From Candidatus Yonathbacteria bacterium (GTDB lineage Bacteria; Patescibacteriota; Minisyncoccia; Phycocordibacterales; UBA1550), in assembly GCA_016215205.1 (NCBI GenBank), contig JACRKU010000013.1:29016-93015 (forward strand): a stretch of DNA of 64,000 nucleotides, read 5' to 3'. Made by a program: the position numbers and the translations under genes. Of the stretch, positions 53,754 to 63,096 are shown piece by piece (the stretch's first letter is position 1; every line of letters starts with the position of its first letter). The notes below the pieces were generated by a model, which worked only from the letters and a program-made list of their open reading frames with translations, made no database searches and was not told where the DNA came from.

Positions 53754-54788
53754 ATGTCTTCGAGCCTCGCACTTTATACCAAATATCGCCCGAAAACCTT
53801 TGAGGAGGTCATCGGACAAGAGCAAACCATAAAAACGCTTTTAGGTGCTATAAAAGCCGGCTCTGTCGGGCATGCGTATCTTTTTTCTGGCTCTCGCGGT
53901 ACCGGCAAGACTTCCATCGCGCGTATTTTTGCGCGCGCAATCGGCGCGCACAATGACGACATTTACGAGATTGACGCGGCTTCAAATCGCGGCATTGATG
54001 ACATCCGCGCGCTTCGCGATGCCGTGCACACAGTGCCAATGCACTCGCCATATAAAGTATATATTATTGACGAAGCCCACATGCTTTCACATGATGCATT
54101 TCCGGCGCTCTTGAAAACCCTTGAGGAGCCGCCGCGGCATGTCGTGTTCATTCTCGCTACGACCAACGAGAGAAAAATTCCGGAAACAATCGTCTCGCGC
54201 TGTCAGAGTTTCCGTTTTGAGAAACCTTCACAGGCGACGCTCAAAGTGATGGTGGAGCGCGTGGTTAAACAAGAGGGTTACATACTTGAGCCGGCATCGG
54301 CAGACCTCATCGCGCTACTTGGCGACGGTTCATTTCGAGACACTTACGGCATTCTTCAAAAAGTCATAGCGGCATCTTCCGACAAAAAGATTTCTCAAGA
54401 AGAAGTGGAAGCGGCGACAGGCGCGCCAGATAGTCGCCTTGTGAATTCGTTTCTTCGTGCAGTGGTGGCGCGCGACGTAGAAGCTGGAGTTACTTCTCTC
54501 TTCGGCGCTGTGGAACACGGAGTGGAAGAAAAAGTTTTTCTTGATTTGCTCCTTCGAAAGATGCGCGCAGTGATGATGTTCCGTTTTGTGGCAGGGTCTG
54601 CAAAGCGTCTCGCCGAGGATTTCCCGACAGAAGATATGTCGCTCATTGAAGATCTTGCCAAGAACGCAACACATACTTTAACGTCCAAAGAGCTCGCCGA
54701 GTTCCTTCGTGCATATGAATCAGTGCGCGTGGCAGCCGTGCCCGGCCTCGCTCTCGAGCTGGCACTTCTCCGTATTTCAGGAAAGTAA
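53754..54788 (+). CDS. dnaX: DNA polymerase III gamma/tau-like clamp-loader ATPase, compact (344 aa)
   Basis: YRPKTFEEVIGQE, Walker A GSRGTGKTS, DEAHML, sensor TTNERKIPETIVSRCQSFRF; only the N-terminal AAA+ and lid domains. Confidence 0.75.
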   Translation: MSSSLALYTKYRPKTFEEVIGQEQTIKTLLGAIKAGSVGHAYLFSGSRGTGKTSIARIFARAIGAHNDDIYEIDAASNRGIDDIRALRDAVHTVPMHSPYKVYIIDEAHMLSHDAFPALLKTLEEPPRHVVFILATTNERKIPETIVSRCQSFRFEKPSQATLKVMVERVVKQEGYILEPASADLIALLGDGSFRDTYGILQKVIAASSDKKISQEEVEAATGAPDSRLVNSFLRAVVARDVEAGVTSLFGAVEHGVEEKVFLDLLLRKMRAVMMFRFVAGSAKRLAEDFPTEDMSLIEDLAKNATHTLTSKELAEFLRAYESVRVAAVPGLALELALLRISGK

Positions 54789-54825
54789 CCTTTTGAAAAG
54801 CGCATTTTTCTGATATGATAACGAA

Positions 54826-55794
54826 ATGCGGAAAACACTACTTTCAGGAGTACAGCCGTCGGGTACGGCACATATTGGCAACTATTTTGGCGCGATGCGC
54901 CAGTTTGTTGACCGCCAAGGCGATTATCGCCAATTTATTTTTATTGCGAATTATCATGCGCTCACGAGCGTGTCAGATGGTGCGCTTCTCCAGAAGCTTA
55001 CGCTTGAGCTCGCGATGGATTATCTCGCTATCGGCGTGGACCCTAAAAAGACAACAATTTTTCTTCAGTCCGATGTTCCTGAGGTGACAGAACTTGCGTG
55101 GATTTTTAACACGATTACGACGGTGCCATATCTTGCTCGCGCAACTTCATTTAAAGATGCCGAGGCAAAAAATAAAGAGGTGAATGTCGGACTTTTTGAT
55201 TATCCGATTTTAATGGCTGCTGATATTTTGATGTACAATGCTGATGTGGTGCCAGTGGGGCTTGACCAAAAACAGCATATTGAAATCGCAAGAGATACGG
55301 CGCAAAAGTTTAATCGCATTTTTGGCGAGACATTCAAAATTCCCGAACCGATGATTTTGGAGAAGGTGAAAACAGTCCCCGGTACTGATGGACGCAAGAT
55401 GAGCAAGAGTTACGGAAACGTAATTGGACTTTTTGCGAGCGACGAGGAAATCAAAAAAGCGGTGATGAGTATTCCCACAGACTCAAAGGTGGTTGAGGAG
55501 CCAAAAAATCCGAGCGAGTGCAAGGTGTTCGCGCTCCACGAGCTTTTTCCCGGTGCAGACCTTGAGGCTCTGCGCACGCGCTACCTCGCGGGTGGTGTCG
55601 GCTACAAGGAATCAAAAGATTTACTTGTAGAAAAAATCATTGCATTCGTATCACCAATGCGTGCACGTCGTGAGGAAATCGCGCGTAATCCTGATGCTGT
55701 TTTGAAAATCTTGCGCGATGGTGGGGAAGTGGCTCTAGCGCAGGCACAGAAGACAATGCAGGAGGTACGCAAGAAGGCGGGGTTAATTTTATAG
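54826..55794 (+). CDS. trpS: Tryptophanyl-tRNA synthetase
   Basis: LSGVQPSGTAHIGNYFGA (HIGH region), KMSKSYGN (KMSKS). Confidence 0.9.
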   Translation: MRKTLLSGVQPSGTAHIGNYFGAMRQFVDRQGDYRQFIFIANYHALTSVSDGALLQKLTLELAMDYLAIGVDPKKTTIFLQSDVPEVTELAWIFNTITTVPYLARATSFKDAEAKNKEVNVGLFDYPILMAADILMYNADVVPVGLDQKQHIEIARDTAQKFNRIFGETFKIPEPMILEKVKTVPGTDGRKMSKSYGNVIGLFASDEEIKKAVMSIPTDSKVVEEPKNPSECKVFALHELFPGADLEALRTRYLAGGVGYKESKDLLVEKIIAFVSPMRARREEIARNPDAVLKILRDGGEVALAQAQKTMQEVRKKAGLIL

Positions 55795-55803
55795 TGAACT
55801 ATT

Positions 55804-56067
55804 ATGGTAAATTTTGAAAATTTTTCCAACAAAACAGAGAGTAACATTGATTCTGATCAGGGTAAATTTGAAATTATGCAGAGCGCTCAAATTGACTTAA
55901 TAAACAGAGCTGGCGGAAACGATGTTACGATGGAATGGATTACTGCAAATAGCGCGCGGTTTCGAACGCTTGTAAATGACCCGCAAAATAATTTTATAGA
56001 AAGACTTGCAAACGAAAATACGCGCGAAGAAACGCTTGATGAAATACAGAAAAAACTTGCCAACTAA
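55804..56067 (+). CDS. Hypothetical small protein (87 aa)
   Basis: Fills the gap between trpS and aspS (stop TAA directly before aspS ATG); no recognised domain. Confidence 0.4.
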   Translation: MVNFENFSNKTESNIDSDQGKFEIMQSAQIDLINRAGGNDVTMEWITANSARFRTLVNDPQNNFIERLANENTREETLDEIQKKLAN

Positions 56068-56068
56068 T

Positions 56069-57397
56069 ATGACCAGAACATATATTAAAAACCTGAATGA
56101 ACATATCGGAAAGGAAGTCACCGTCGCAGGATGGGTAGATGTTCGCCGCGATCAAGGGAAAATGGTTTTTCTTGATTTGCGCGATATGAGCGGCAAAGTG
56201 CAGGCAGTCGTACTTCCTAATCACACTCTGGCACTTGACGTGGCACAGCGCCTACGCCCCGAGTGGGTAGTGAGCGTTTCTGCTCAAGTGAATAAACGTC
56301 CTGAGCGCAATGTTAAAGCAGATGTTTTGAACGGCGAGATTGAACTCGAGGTTTTGAATATTGAGGTTTTAAGTAAAGCAAAAGAGCTTCCTTTTGAACT
56401 TGGAGCAGAACTCAACCTTGATACATATCTGGACAACCTCCCGTTGACACTTCGCGAAGAAAAAGCGCGCGCAGTATTTAAGGTGCAGACGGTTATCGTT
56501 CATGCATTTCGCAATTTTCTCGTTGGGGAAGGTTTTACAGAGTTTCAAGCTCCAAAACTTATTGGAGAAGATGCCGAAGGTGGCGCGAACTCGTTTAATG
56601 TTGAGTATTTTGGTCATACCGCTCACCTCGCGCAGAGTCCGCAACTCTACAAACAAATCATGGTTGGGGTATTTGAGCGCGTATTTTCAACGGGGAATGT
56701 ATATCGCGCAGAAAAGCACAGCACCACGCGCCACTTGAACGAATATACGAGCCTTGACCTTGAGATGGGATTTATCAAGGACCATACTGACGTGATGAAT
56801 ATGGAGAATCGTGTTCTCGCGCATATTACGAAGGAGCTTAAGGAAAAATGTGCTACCGAATTTGCACTTTTTGGCGCGACGATTCCCGAGGTTCCTGCAA
56901 AAATTCCCGCGATGAAACTTCGTGAAGCGCAGGAGATTATCAAGAAAGAAACTGGGGAAGACTGCACAAAAGAACCTGACCTTGAACCAGCGCATGAACG
57001 CTTTTTGTGCGAATATGCTAAAAAGGAACTCAATTCTGATTTTATTTTTATCACTCATTTTCCTATTTCAAAGCGACCATTCTATACATACGAGGATGAA
57101 AATGACCCAGGGTATGCAAAAGGTGGCGACCTGCTTTTTCGCGGTATTGAAATCACGACGCTCGCACAGCGCATCCATGATTACGACACCCTCGTTCAAT
57201 CAATGAAAAACAAAGGCCTTGATCCTGAGAAGTTCCGCTTCTATTTGCAGGCTTTTAAGTATGGCATGCCACCGCACGGCGGACTTGGCCTAGGTCTTGA
57301 GCGCTTGACTGCAAAATTCTTGGGGCTAGAAAATGTAAAACGGGCGGCGCTTTTCCCTCGCGACTTGAATCGCATCGACAACTTGCTTTCGGAGTAA
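56069..57397 (+). CDS. aspS: Aspartyl-tRNA synthetase, compact archaeal/eukaryal-type (AsnRS not excluded)
   Basis: OB-fold N-domain (VTVAGWVDVRRDQGKMVFLDLRD), class II core (FRNFL..GFTEFQAPKL, QSPQLYKQ, GGDLLFRGIEI, GLGLGLERL); ~440 aa. Confidence 0.75.
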   Translation: MTRTYIKNLNEHIGKEVTVAGWVDVRRDQGKMVFLDLRDMSGKVQAVVLPNHTLALDVAQRLRPEWVVSVSAQVNKRPERNVKADVLNGEIELEVLNIEVLSKAKELPFELGAELNLDTYLDNLPLTLREEKARAVFKVQTVIVHAFRNFLVGEGFTEFQAPKLIGEDAEGGANSFNVEYFGHTAHLAQSPQLYKQIMVGVFERVFSTGNVYRAEKHSTTRHLNEYTSLDLEMGFIKDHTDVMNMENRVLAHITKELKEKCATEFALFGATIPEVPAKIPAMKLREAQEIIKKETGEDCTKEPDLEPAHERFLCEYAKKELNSDFIFITHFPISKRPFYTYEDENDPGYAKGGDLLFRGIEITTLAQRIHDYDTLVQSMKNKGLDPEKFRFYLQAFKYGMPPHGGLGLGLERLTAKFLGLENVKRAALFPRDLNRIDNLLSE

Positions 57398-57409
57398 GGT
57401 ACGATATCT

Positions 57410-58147
57410 ATGCAGTCAGACTACCAAACTAAAACGGATATTTTTGAGGGTCCACTGGAGCTCTTGCTTGACATGGTGGAAAAACGGAAACTTTTCATCA
57501 ACGAGATTTCGCTCGCGCAGGTGGCGGATGATTACATTGCGCACTTGAAACAGTTTGAAAAAATGCCAGTTGATTTTGTGTCCAACTTTCTTATCGTCGC
57601 GTCGACGCTTATTCTTATTAAATCAAAATCGCTTCTGCCGACACTCTCTCTTACGGAGGAAGAAACACAGGATATAGACGAGCTTGAACGACGCCTCAAA
57701 GAGTATCAAAAAATTCGCGAACTCTCTGTTCATGTGAAGCAAATGTTTGGTGCGCAAGTGTCATTTCCAAAAGGACAGTCGCGCGAGCGGGAGGCAGTGT
57801 TCATGCCGAGCGAGGAAATTACCGCACAAAGTATTTTTTCCGCGATACAGGATGTGATTTTACATTTTCCCAAAAAGATTACTTTGCCAAAAGTAGTGGT
57901 AAAAAAAGTTGTTTCGCTTGAGGAGATGATGGACAGGCTCACAAGGCGAATTACGGGTAGCTTAAAGATGAGTTTTCGTGATTTTGCCGGAGTAGGAAAG
58001 GAGGAGAAGGTAAACATCATTGTGAGCTTTCTCGCAATGCTTGAACTCGTGAAGCAGGGGATGATTGCAGTGACTCAAGGCGCGCACGGAGATGATATTG
58101 AAATTGAAACAAATACTCTTGAAACTCCAAATTACGGAGTAAAGTAG
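57410..58147 (+). CDS. scpA: Segregation and condensation protein A (kleisin)
   Basis: GPLELLLDMVEKRKLFINEISLAQVADDYIAHL ScpA N-terminal pattern. Confidence 0.85.
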   Translation: MQSDYQTKTDIFEGPLELLLDMVEKRKLFINEISLAQVADDYIAHLKQFEKMPVDFVSNFLIVASTLILIKSKSLLPTLSLTEEETQDIDELERRLKEYQKIRELSVHVKQMFGAQVSFPKGQSREREAVFMPSEEITAQSIFSAIQDVILHFPKKITLPKVVVKKVVSLEEMMDRLTRRITGSLKMSFRDFAGVGKEEKVNIIVSFLAMLELVKQGMIAVTQGAHGDDIEIETNTLETPNYGVK

Positions 58148-58169
58148 GGTGTGATATAATGGCAAATAT

Positions 58170-58721
58170 ATGGAACTTTCGCGACAAATCGAAGCACTGC
58201 TTTTCTTTAAAGGCGAACCTGTAACTGTGGGCTTTTTGGCAAAGACATTAAATATCTCGGAGGATGATGCGCGCGCCGGACTCGCAGAGCTAGAAAAGTC
58301 GCTCTCTGGTCACGGGATTATTTTGATGCAAAATGGTAACGAATACATGCTTGGCACCGTGCCGCAAATGGGCCCGACCATCGAAGCGCTTCTCAAAGAG
58401 GAGTTGGCTCGTGAGCTCGGCAAGGCAGGTCTCGAAACCCTTGCGATTGTGCTTTATCGCGGACCGATTTTACGAAGCGAGATCAACTACTTGCGTGGTG
58501 TAAACTCCAATTATATTTTGAGAAGCCTCCTTGTTCGCGGACTTATTGAAAAAGTTGACCAAGGCGGACGAAGCACAGTGTATCAGCCGACATTTGAACT
58601 CCTTTCTTATATGGGTGTGAGCAAAGTCGCGGATTTACCCGGATTTGATGAGACGCAAAAAGCGGTTGAAGAATTTAAACAAGAGTCGCAGAAAAACAAA
58701 AATGAACACGAAGAAGAATAG
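58170..58721 (+). CDS. scpB: Segregation and condensation protein B
   Basis: Tandem winged-helix ScpB pattern (IEALLFFKGEPVTVGFLAKTL...; LETLAIVLYRGPILRSEIN). Confidence 0.85.
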   Translation: MELSRQIEALLFFKGEPVTVGFLAKTLNISEDDARAGLAELEKSLSGHGIILMQNGNEYMLGTVPQMGPTIEALLKEELARELGKAGLETLAIVLYRGPILRSEINYLRGVNSNYILRSLLVRGLIEKVDQGGRSTVYQPTFELLSYMGVSKVADLPGFDETQKAVEEFKQESQKNKNEHEEE

Positions 58722-59676
58722 AGAACAACTTGTTACAAAAAGGGCTCACGCTCTTATTGTGGTGCTGGGCGGCGGAGCAGGTCTCGCAATTACATTGCAG
58801 GGGCTTCTTTCATTTGCGATACCGACGGAAGCGCAAACGAATGCGAATGTTTCCGCCCAAGAGGAAATTCGTTCCATGAAATCCGTAAATCCATTTGAGA
58901 ATGTTTCCCTTGAAGCCCGCGCGGTGTATGTGTTTAACTTAAAAACAAATGCCGTATTGTATGCCAAAAACGAAAACGAAAAACTTCCGCTCGCATCGAT
59001 TACAAAACTTATGACTGCGCTTGTTGCGCGCGAGTACATGCCTTTAGGCGCGGTTATCACTCTTACAAAAGACGACCTCGCTTCCGAAGGTGATTCCGGA
59101 TTTCGCCCGGGAGAACGGTGGCGACTCGGCGATATACTGAATGCAATGCTCCTCGTCTCTTCAAATGATGCGGCGCATGCCGTTTCAGAATTTGTGGGCG
59201 GGAGCGGGCGAATAGAAATTGATCCCGCGACCGCGCACAATAATTTTGTAAAAATGATGAACGAAAAAGCGAACGCGCTCAAGCTCGACCAAATGGAATT
59301 TTTTAATGAATCGGGGCTCGATATAAACGAAACACAAAACGGGGGATATGGTTCTGCGCGAAATGTTGCAACACTTTTTTCTGAATTGTGGAAAAGATAC
59401 CCGGAAAATGTTGAAATAACCGCGCGCAAATATGTGCACATTCTTTCTCAAGATGAGATTGATCATTTTCTTGCCAACACAAATGAAATAATAGGGCGTA
59501 TTCCGGGACTCATTGCTTCAAAGACCGGGTTCACCAACATTTCCGGTGGCAATTTGGCTGTTATTTTTGATAAAGGGCTAGGGGAACCCGTCGTTGCGGT
59601 GGTCTTGGGTTCAAGCTATAAGGAGCGTTTTGATGATATGCAGAAGCTTGTTGAGGCGTCACTAAAAGAGCAGTGA
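58702..59676 (+). CDS. D-alanyl-D-alanine carboxypeptidase (S11, PBP5/6-like)
   Basis: Signal anchor, SXXK (LASITKLMTA), SXN (SSNDAA), ...KTGFT (KTG) motifs. Confidence 0.75.
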   Translation: MNTKKNREQLVTKRAHALIVVLGGGAGLAITLQGLLSFAIPTEAQTNANVSAQEEIRSMKSVNPFENVSLEARAVYVFNLKTNAVLYAKNENEKLPLASITKLMTALVAREYMPLGAVITLTKDDLASEGDSGFRPGERWRLGDILNAMLLVSSNDAAHAVSEFVGGSGRIEIDPATAHNNFVKMMNEKANALKLDQMEFFNESGLDINETQNGGYGSARNVATLFSELWKRYPENVEITARKYVHILSQDEIDHFLANTNEIIGRIPGLIASKTGFTNISGGNLAVIFDKGLGEPVVAVVLGSSYKERFDDMQKLVEASLKEQ

Positions 59677-59742
59677 CTACTGAAATACAAAATCGGTAAA
59701 AGTTTGGTGTTTGCTGATATTTTTGTATAATATATACATATT

Positions 59743-60852
59743 ATGCCGATTGATGTCGTTAAAATCTTTCTCACTACCGCAACAGCCTTTTTTGTCGGCA
59801 TCGCCATAACCCCGTTTCTGACGGATTTTCTCTATCGTCACAAGATGTGGAAGAAGTCTAGTGTACGGCTCGCCATGGACGGCAGACAAGCCACTATCTC
59901 AAGCAAGCTCCACAATGACGAAGAGCGAAAGACTCCGCGTATGGGCGGAGTGGTGATTTGGGGGTCGGTTTTCATTACCGCTTTTTTGTTTTTTATTCTC
60001 GCCGCGATATTTCCGGAAAGTATTTTTGCAAAATTTTCGTTTCTTTCACGCGAGCAGACATGGCTTCCGCTTTTTACACTTATCGCCGGCGCGTCTTTTG
60101 GTCTCATTGATGATTATCTTGTTTGTCGCGATGCCGGCCTGCCCGCCACTGCCTATCGCTCGATAGAAGCAGCTGGGCGGTGGCAGGCGGGCACATACGC
60201 CGGAGGAGGGCTTTCTCTCCGCATAAGACTTGCATTTGTGTTTATTCTTGCGTCGGCAGGCGCGTGGTGGTTCTACGCAAAACTTGGCATGGATGTTGTG
60301 CATGTGCCGTTTGTGGGGGATGTATACTTAGGCTTATGGTTTATTCCGCTTTTTATTATTTTTATGGTTGGTATTTACTCCGGGGGAATTATTGACGGTA
60401 TAGATGGACTTTCGGGCGGGGTGTTCGCGGCGATTTTTTCAGCGTATGCCATCATCGCCTTTGCACAAGGACAAATCGATCTGGCGGCGTTTTCCAGCGT
60501 GGTTGTCGGCGGACTTCTTGCATTTCTTTGGTTCAATATTCCACCAGCCAGATTTTTTAATTCTGAAACAGGAACAATGGCTCTCACGACATCTCTCACG
60601 GTCGTCGCATTTTTAACAAAAGCCGTGCTTGTGCTTCCTGTCATCGCTCTCATTCTTGTAGTAACGAGCGCATCAAGTTTGATTCAGATTCTTTCAAAAA
60701 AATACCGCAACGGCAAGAAAGTATTTTTGGTGGCGCCGCTCCACAACCACTTTCAAGCGCTCGGCTGGCCGGCGTACAAAGTTACTATGCGATACTGGGT
60801 TATTGCAGTGGTACTTGCGCTTGTCGGCACCATAATTGCGCTTGTCGGTTAG
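59743..60852 (+). CDS. mraY: Phospho-N-acetylmuramoyl-pentapeptide transferase MraY
   Basis: Polytopic membrane protein; DDxxD-like LIDDYLVCRD; His-rich motif VAPLHNHFQALGWP (PxHHHxE-like). Confidence 0.85.
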   Translation: MPIDVVKIFLTTATAFFVGIAITPFLTDFLYRHKMWKKSSVRLAMDGRQATISSKLHNDEERKTPRMGGVVIWGSVFITAFLFFILAAIFPESIFAKFSFLSREQTWLPLFTLIAGASFGLIDDYLVCRDAGLPATAYRSIEAAGRWQAGTYAGGGLSLRIRLAFVFILASAGAWWFYAKLGMDVVHVPFVGDVYLGLWFIPLFIIFMVGIYSGGIIDGIDGLSGGVFAAIFSAYAIIAFAQGQIDLAAFSSVVVGGLLAFLWFNIPPARFFNSETGTMALTTSLTVVAFLTKAVLVLPVIALILVVTSASSLIQILSKKYRNGKKVFLVAPLHNHFQALGWPAYKVTMRYWVIAVVLALVGTIIALVG

Positions 60853-60864
60853 CTTGAATAAAAA

Positions 60865-61962
60865 ATGAAAAAAATTCATTCAGTCGATAAAATTTTCCTA
60901 AGCATTACCGCCCTCCTCACACTGGCAGGGCTTTTTGTTTTTACTTCGGCTTCATTCGGTCTTTTTGCACACAAAGGATTTTCGCTAAAAGATATGTTTT
61001 TTGATCAAGTCGTACTCGGCTTCTTTTTGGGAATTGTGATGCTTATTATAATGTTTAATATCCCGCTCAAGATATTTCGCACATATGCGCTCTCTATTTT
61101 TATCGGAGCGGCATTATTCACACTTCTTGTTTTTGTGCCGGGTATTGGCGCAGAACATGGCGGGGCAAAGCGCTGGTTATGGCTCGGGCCAACCTCATTT
61201 CAACCTTCCGAAATTCTTAAACTTGGTACGATTATTTATTTTGCCGCAATCCTCTCTCTCTTGAAGGACCGTCTACAAACCGCAAAATATGCGATTGGCG
61301 TGTTTTTTGCAGTTATTGCGGTGCCGGCTATTATTCTTCTTCTTGAGCCGGACAATGGTACGCTTGGTGTCCTCTTTGTCGCGATGTGCGCGATGCTTCT
61401 TGCAAGCGGAGCAAAAATTCGACATTTTTTTATTCTTGCCGCTATAGGCATCATCTCTGTGGGCGTGCTCGCTTTGGCAAGTCCTCATGTAAAAGCGCGC
61501 ATGCTTACTTTTTTTAATCAATCGCGTGATCCGCAAGGCGCGGGTTATCAAATACAAAAATCATTTCTCGCTATCGGGTCTGGCGGCATTACTGGACGCG
61601 GTTTTGGTCAAAGTATTCAAAAATTCGGGTCTCTTCCGGAACCGACAGGAGACTCTATTTTTGCGGTGGCGGCGGAGGAGTTTGGGTTTATTGGCGGAGC
61701 AATCCTCATCGTTCTTTTTCTTTTGTTTGGTGTCCGCGGGCTTCAAATAGCGTATCGCGCCCCTGATTTGTTCAGTGGACTCTTGGCCGTTGGAATTGTT
61801 ATACTTATAGTATCGCAGTCGTTTGTGAATATAGGAGCGATGCTCGGCGTTATTCCACTCAAGGGGATCCCTCTTATTTTTGTGAGCAAGGGCGGGTCGG
61901 CACTCATCTTTGCTTTTATTGAGATTGGCATACTCTTAAATATTTCGAAACTAAAAATATGA
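60865..61962 (+). CDS. ftsW: SEDS-family peptidoglycan glycosyltransferase FtsW/RodA
   Basis: 10-TM SEDS pattern, ...PDNGTLGV..., position between mraY and murG. Confidence 0.8.
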   Translation: MKKIHSVDKIFLSITALLTLAGLFVFTSASFGLFAHKGFSLKDMFFDQVVLGFFLGIVMLIIMFNIPLKIFRTYALSIFIGAALFTLLVFVPGIGAEHGGAKRWLWLGPTSFQPSEILKLGTIIYFAAILSLLKDRLQTAKYAIGVFFAVIAVPAIILLLEPDNGTLGVLFVAMCAMLLASGAKIRHFFILAAIGIISVGVLALASPHVKARMLTFFNQSRDPQGAGYQIQKSFLAIGSGGITGRGFGQSIQKFGSLPEPTGDSIFAVAAEEFGFIGGAILIVLFLLFGVRGLQIAYRAPDLFSGLLAVGIVILIVSQSFVNIGAMLGVIPLKGIPLIFVSKGGSALIFAFIEIGILLNISKLKI

Positions 61963-63095
61963 AAATTCTTTTTACCGGTGGCGGCAGTGGCGGACATTTT
62001 TATCCTATTCTCGCCGTTGCAGAAAAATTAAATAAAATGCTTGAGCGCGAAAATGTCGCGAACATAGAGTTTTTTTATATGTCGACCGAGCCCTACAACG
62101 AGCGTCTTTTATCTGATAATAAAATAACATTTAAGCGGGTGGTTGCCGGTAAAATTCGCGCATATTTTTCAATTCAAAACTTCTTTGATTTATTTAAGAC
62201 GGCGTGGGGAGTCTTTAAAGCATTTTTTCAGCTTTTTGCACTGTATCCCGATGTTATTTTTGCTAAAGGAGGATTCCCAAGTTTCCCCGTCCTTTTTGCC
62301 GCGCGATTTTTCCGCATTCCGGTTATTATTCACGAGTCGGACAGTGTTCCGGGGCGGGTGAACGCGTGGGCAGGGAAGTTTGCTCAAAAGATTGCGATTT
62401 CATACGCTGAAGCGGCGCAGTTTTTTCCCGCGGGTCGCACGGCTCTCACGGGAAATCCGATTCGCGAAGAACTCCTGCGTCCATCGGGAAAAGATGCATT
62501 CAAAGAACTCGGTCTTGACCCAAGTGTTCCGGTGATTTTGGTGCTCGGCGGCTCAAATGGCGCTCGCATTATCAACGGGCAAATGGAAACTCTTGCGCCG
62601 CGGCTTGTAGAAAAGTACCAGATTGTACATCAAACGGGCGAAGCGAATATGGCGGAAGTAAAAACTACAGTTAGCGGACTTTTAGGCGGTAATCCAAATG
62701 CGTCACGCTACCATATTTATGGATATCTTGATAATCAAACAATGAAACTTGCAGCGGAGGCGACGACTATTGTTGTGTCGCGCGCAGGGTCCGCGATTTT
62801 TGAAATTGCCGTTTGGGGTGTGCCAGCGATACTTATTCCAATCGCAAACCATGTTGGCGACCATCAGCGCAAGAATGCGTTTGCGTATGCGCGCGCGGGC
62901 GGCGCGGTAGTTATCGAAGAGGCAAATCTCGGACCGCATATTTTAATGTCAGAAATTGAGAATTTAATGCAAGACGGGAATAAACGCGCGGCAATGAAAG
63001 ATTCCGCAAAAGCGTTTGCGCGTACCGATGCCACGGAGCGGATTGCGGAACAGATTGTAGCGGTGCTTATGCGGCATCAAGAAGGCTTTAAATAA
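61959..63095 (+). CDS. murG: Lipid II synthase MurG (UDP-GlcNAc transferase)
   Basis: MKILFTGGGSGGHFYPILAV N-terminal G-rich loop; GT-B fold length. Confidence 0.9.
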   Translation: MKILFTGGGSGGHFYPILAVAEKLNKMLERENVANIEFFYMSTEPYNERLLSDNKITFKRVVAGKIRAYFSIQNFFDLFKTAWGVFKAFFQLFALYPDVIFAKGGFPSFPVLFAARFFRIPVIIHESDSVPGRVNAWAGKFAQKIAISYAEAAQFFPAGRTALTGNPIREELLRPSGKDAFKELGLDPSVPVILVLGGSNGARIINGQMETLAPRLVEKYQIVHQTGEANMAEVKTTVSGLLGGNPNASRYHIYGYLDNQTMKLAAEATTIVVSRAGSAIFEIAVWGVPAILIPIANHVGDHQRKNAFAYARAGGAVVIEEANLGPHILMSEIENLMQDGNKRAAMKDSAKAFARTDATERIAEQIVAVLMRHQEGFK

Positions 63096-63096
63096 A

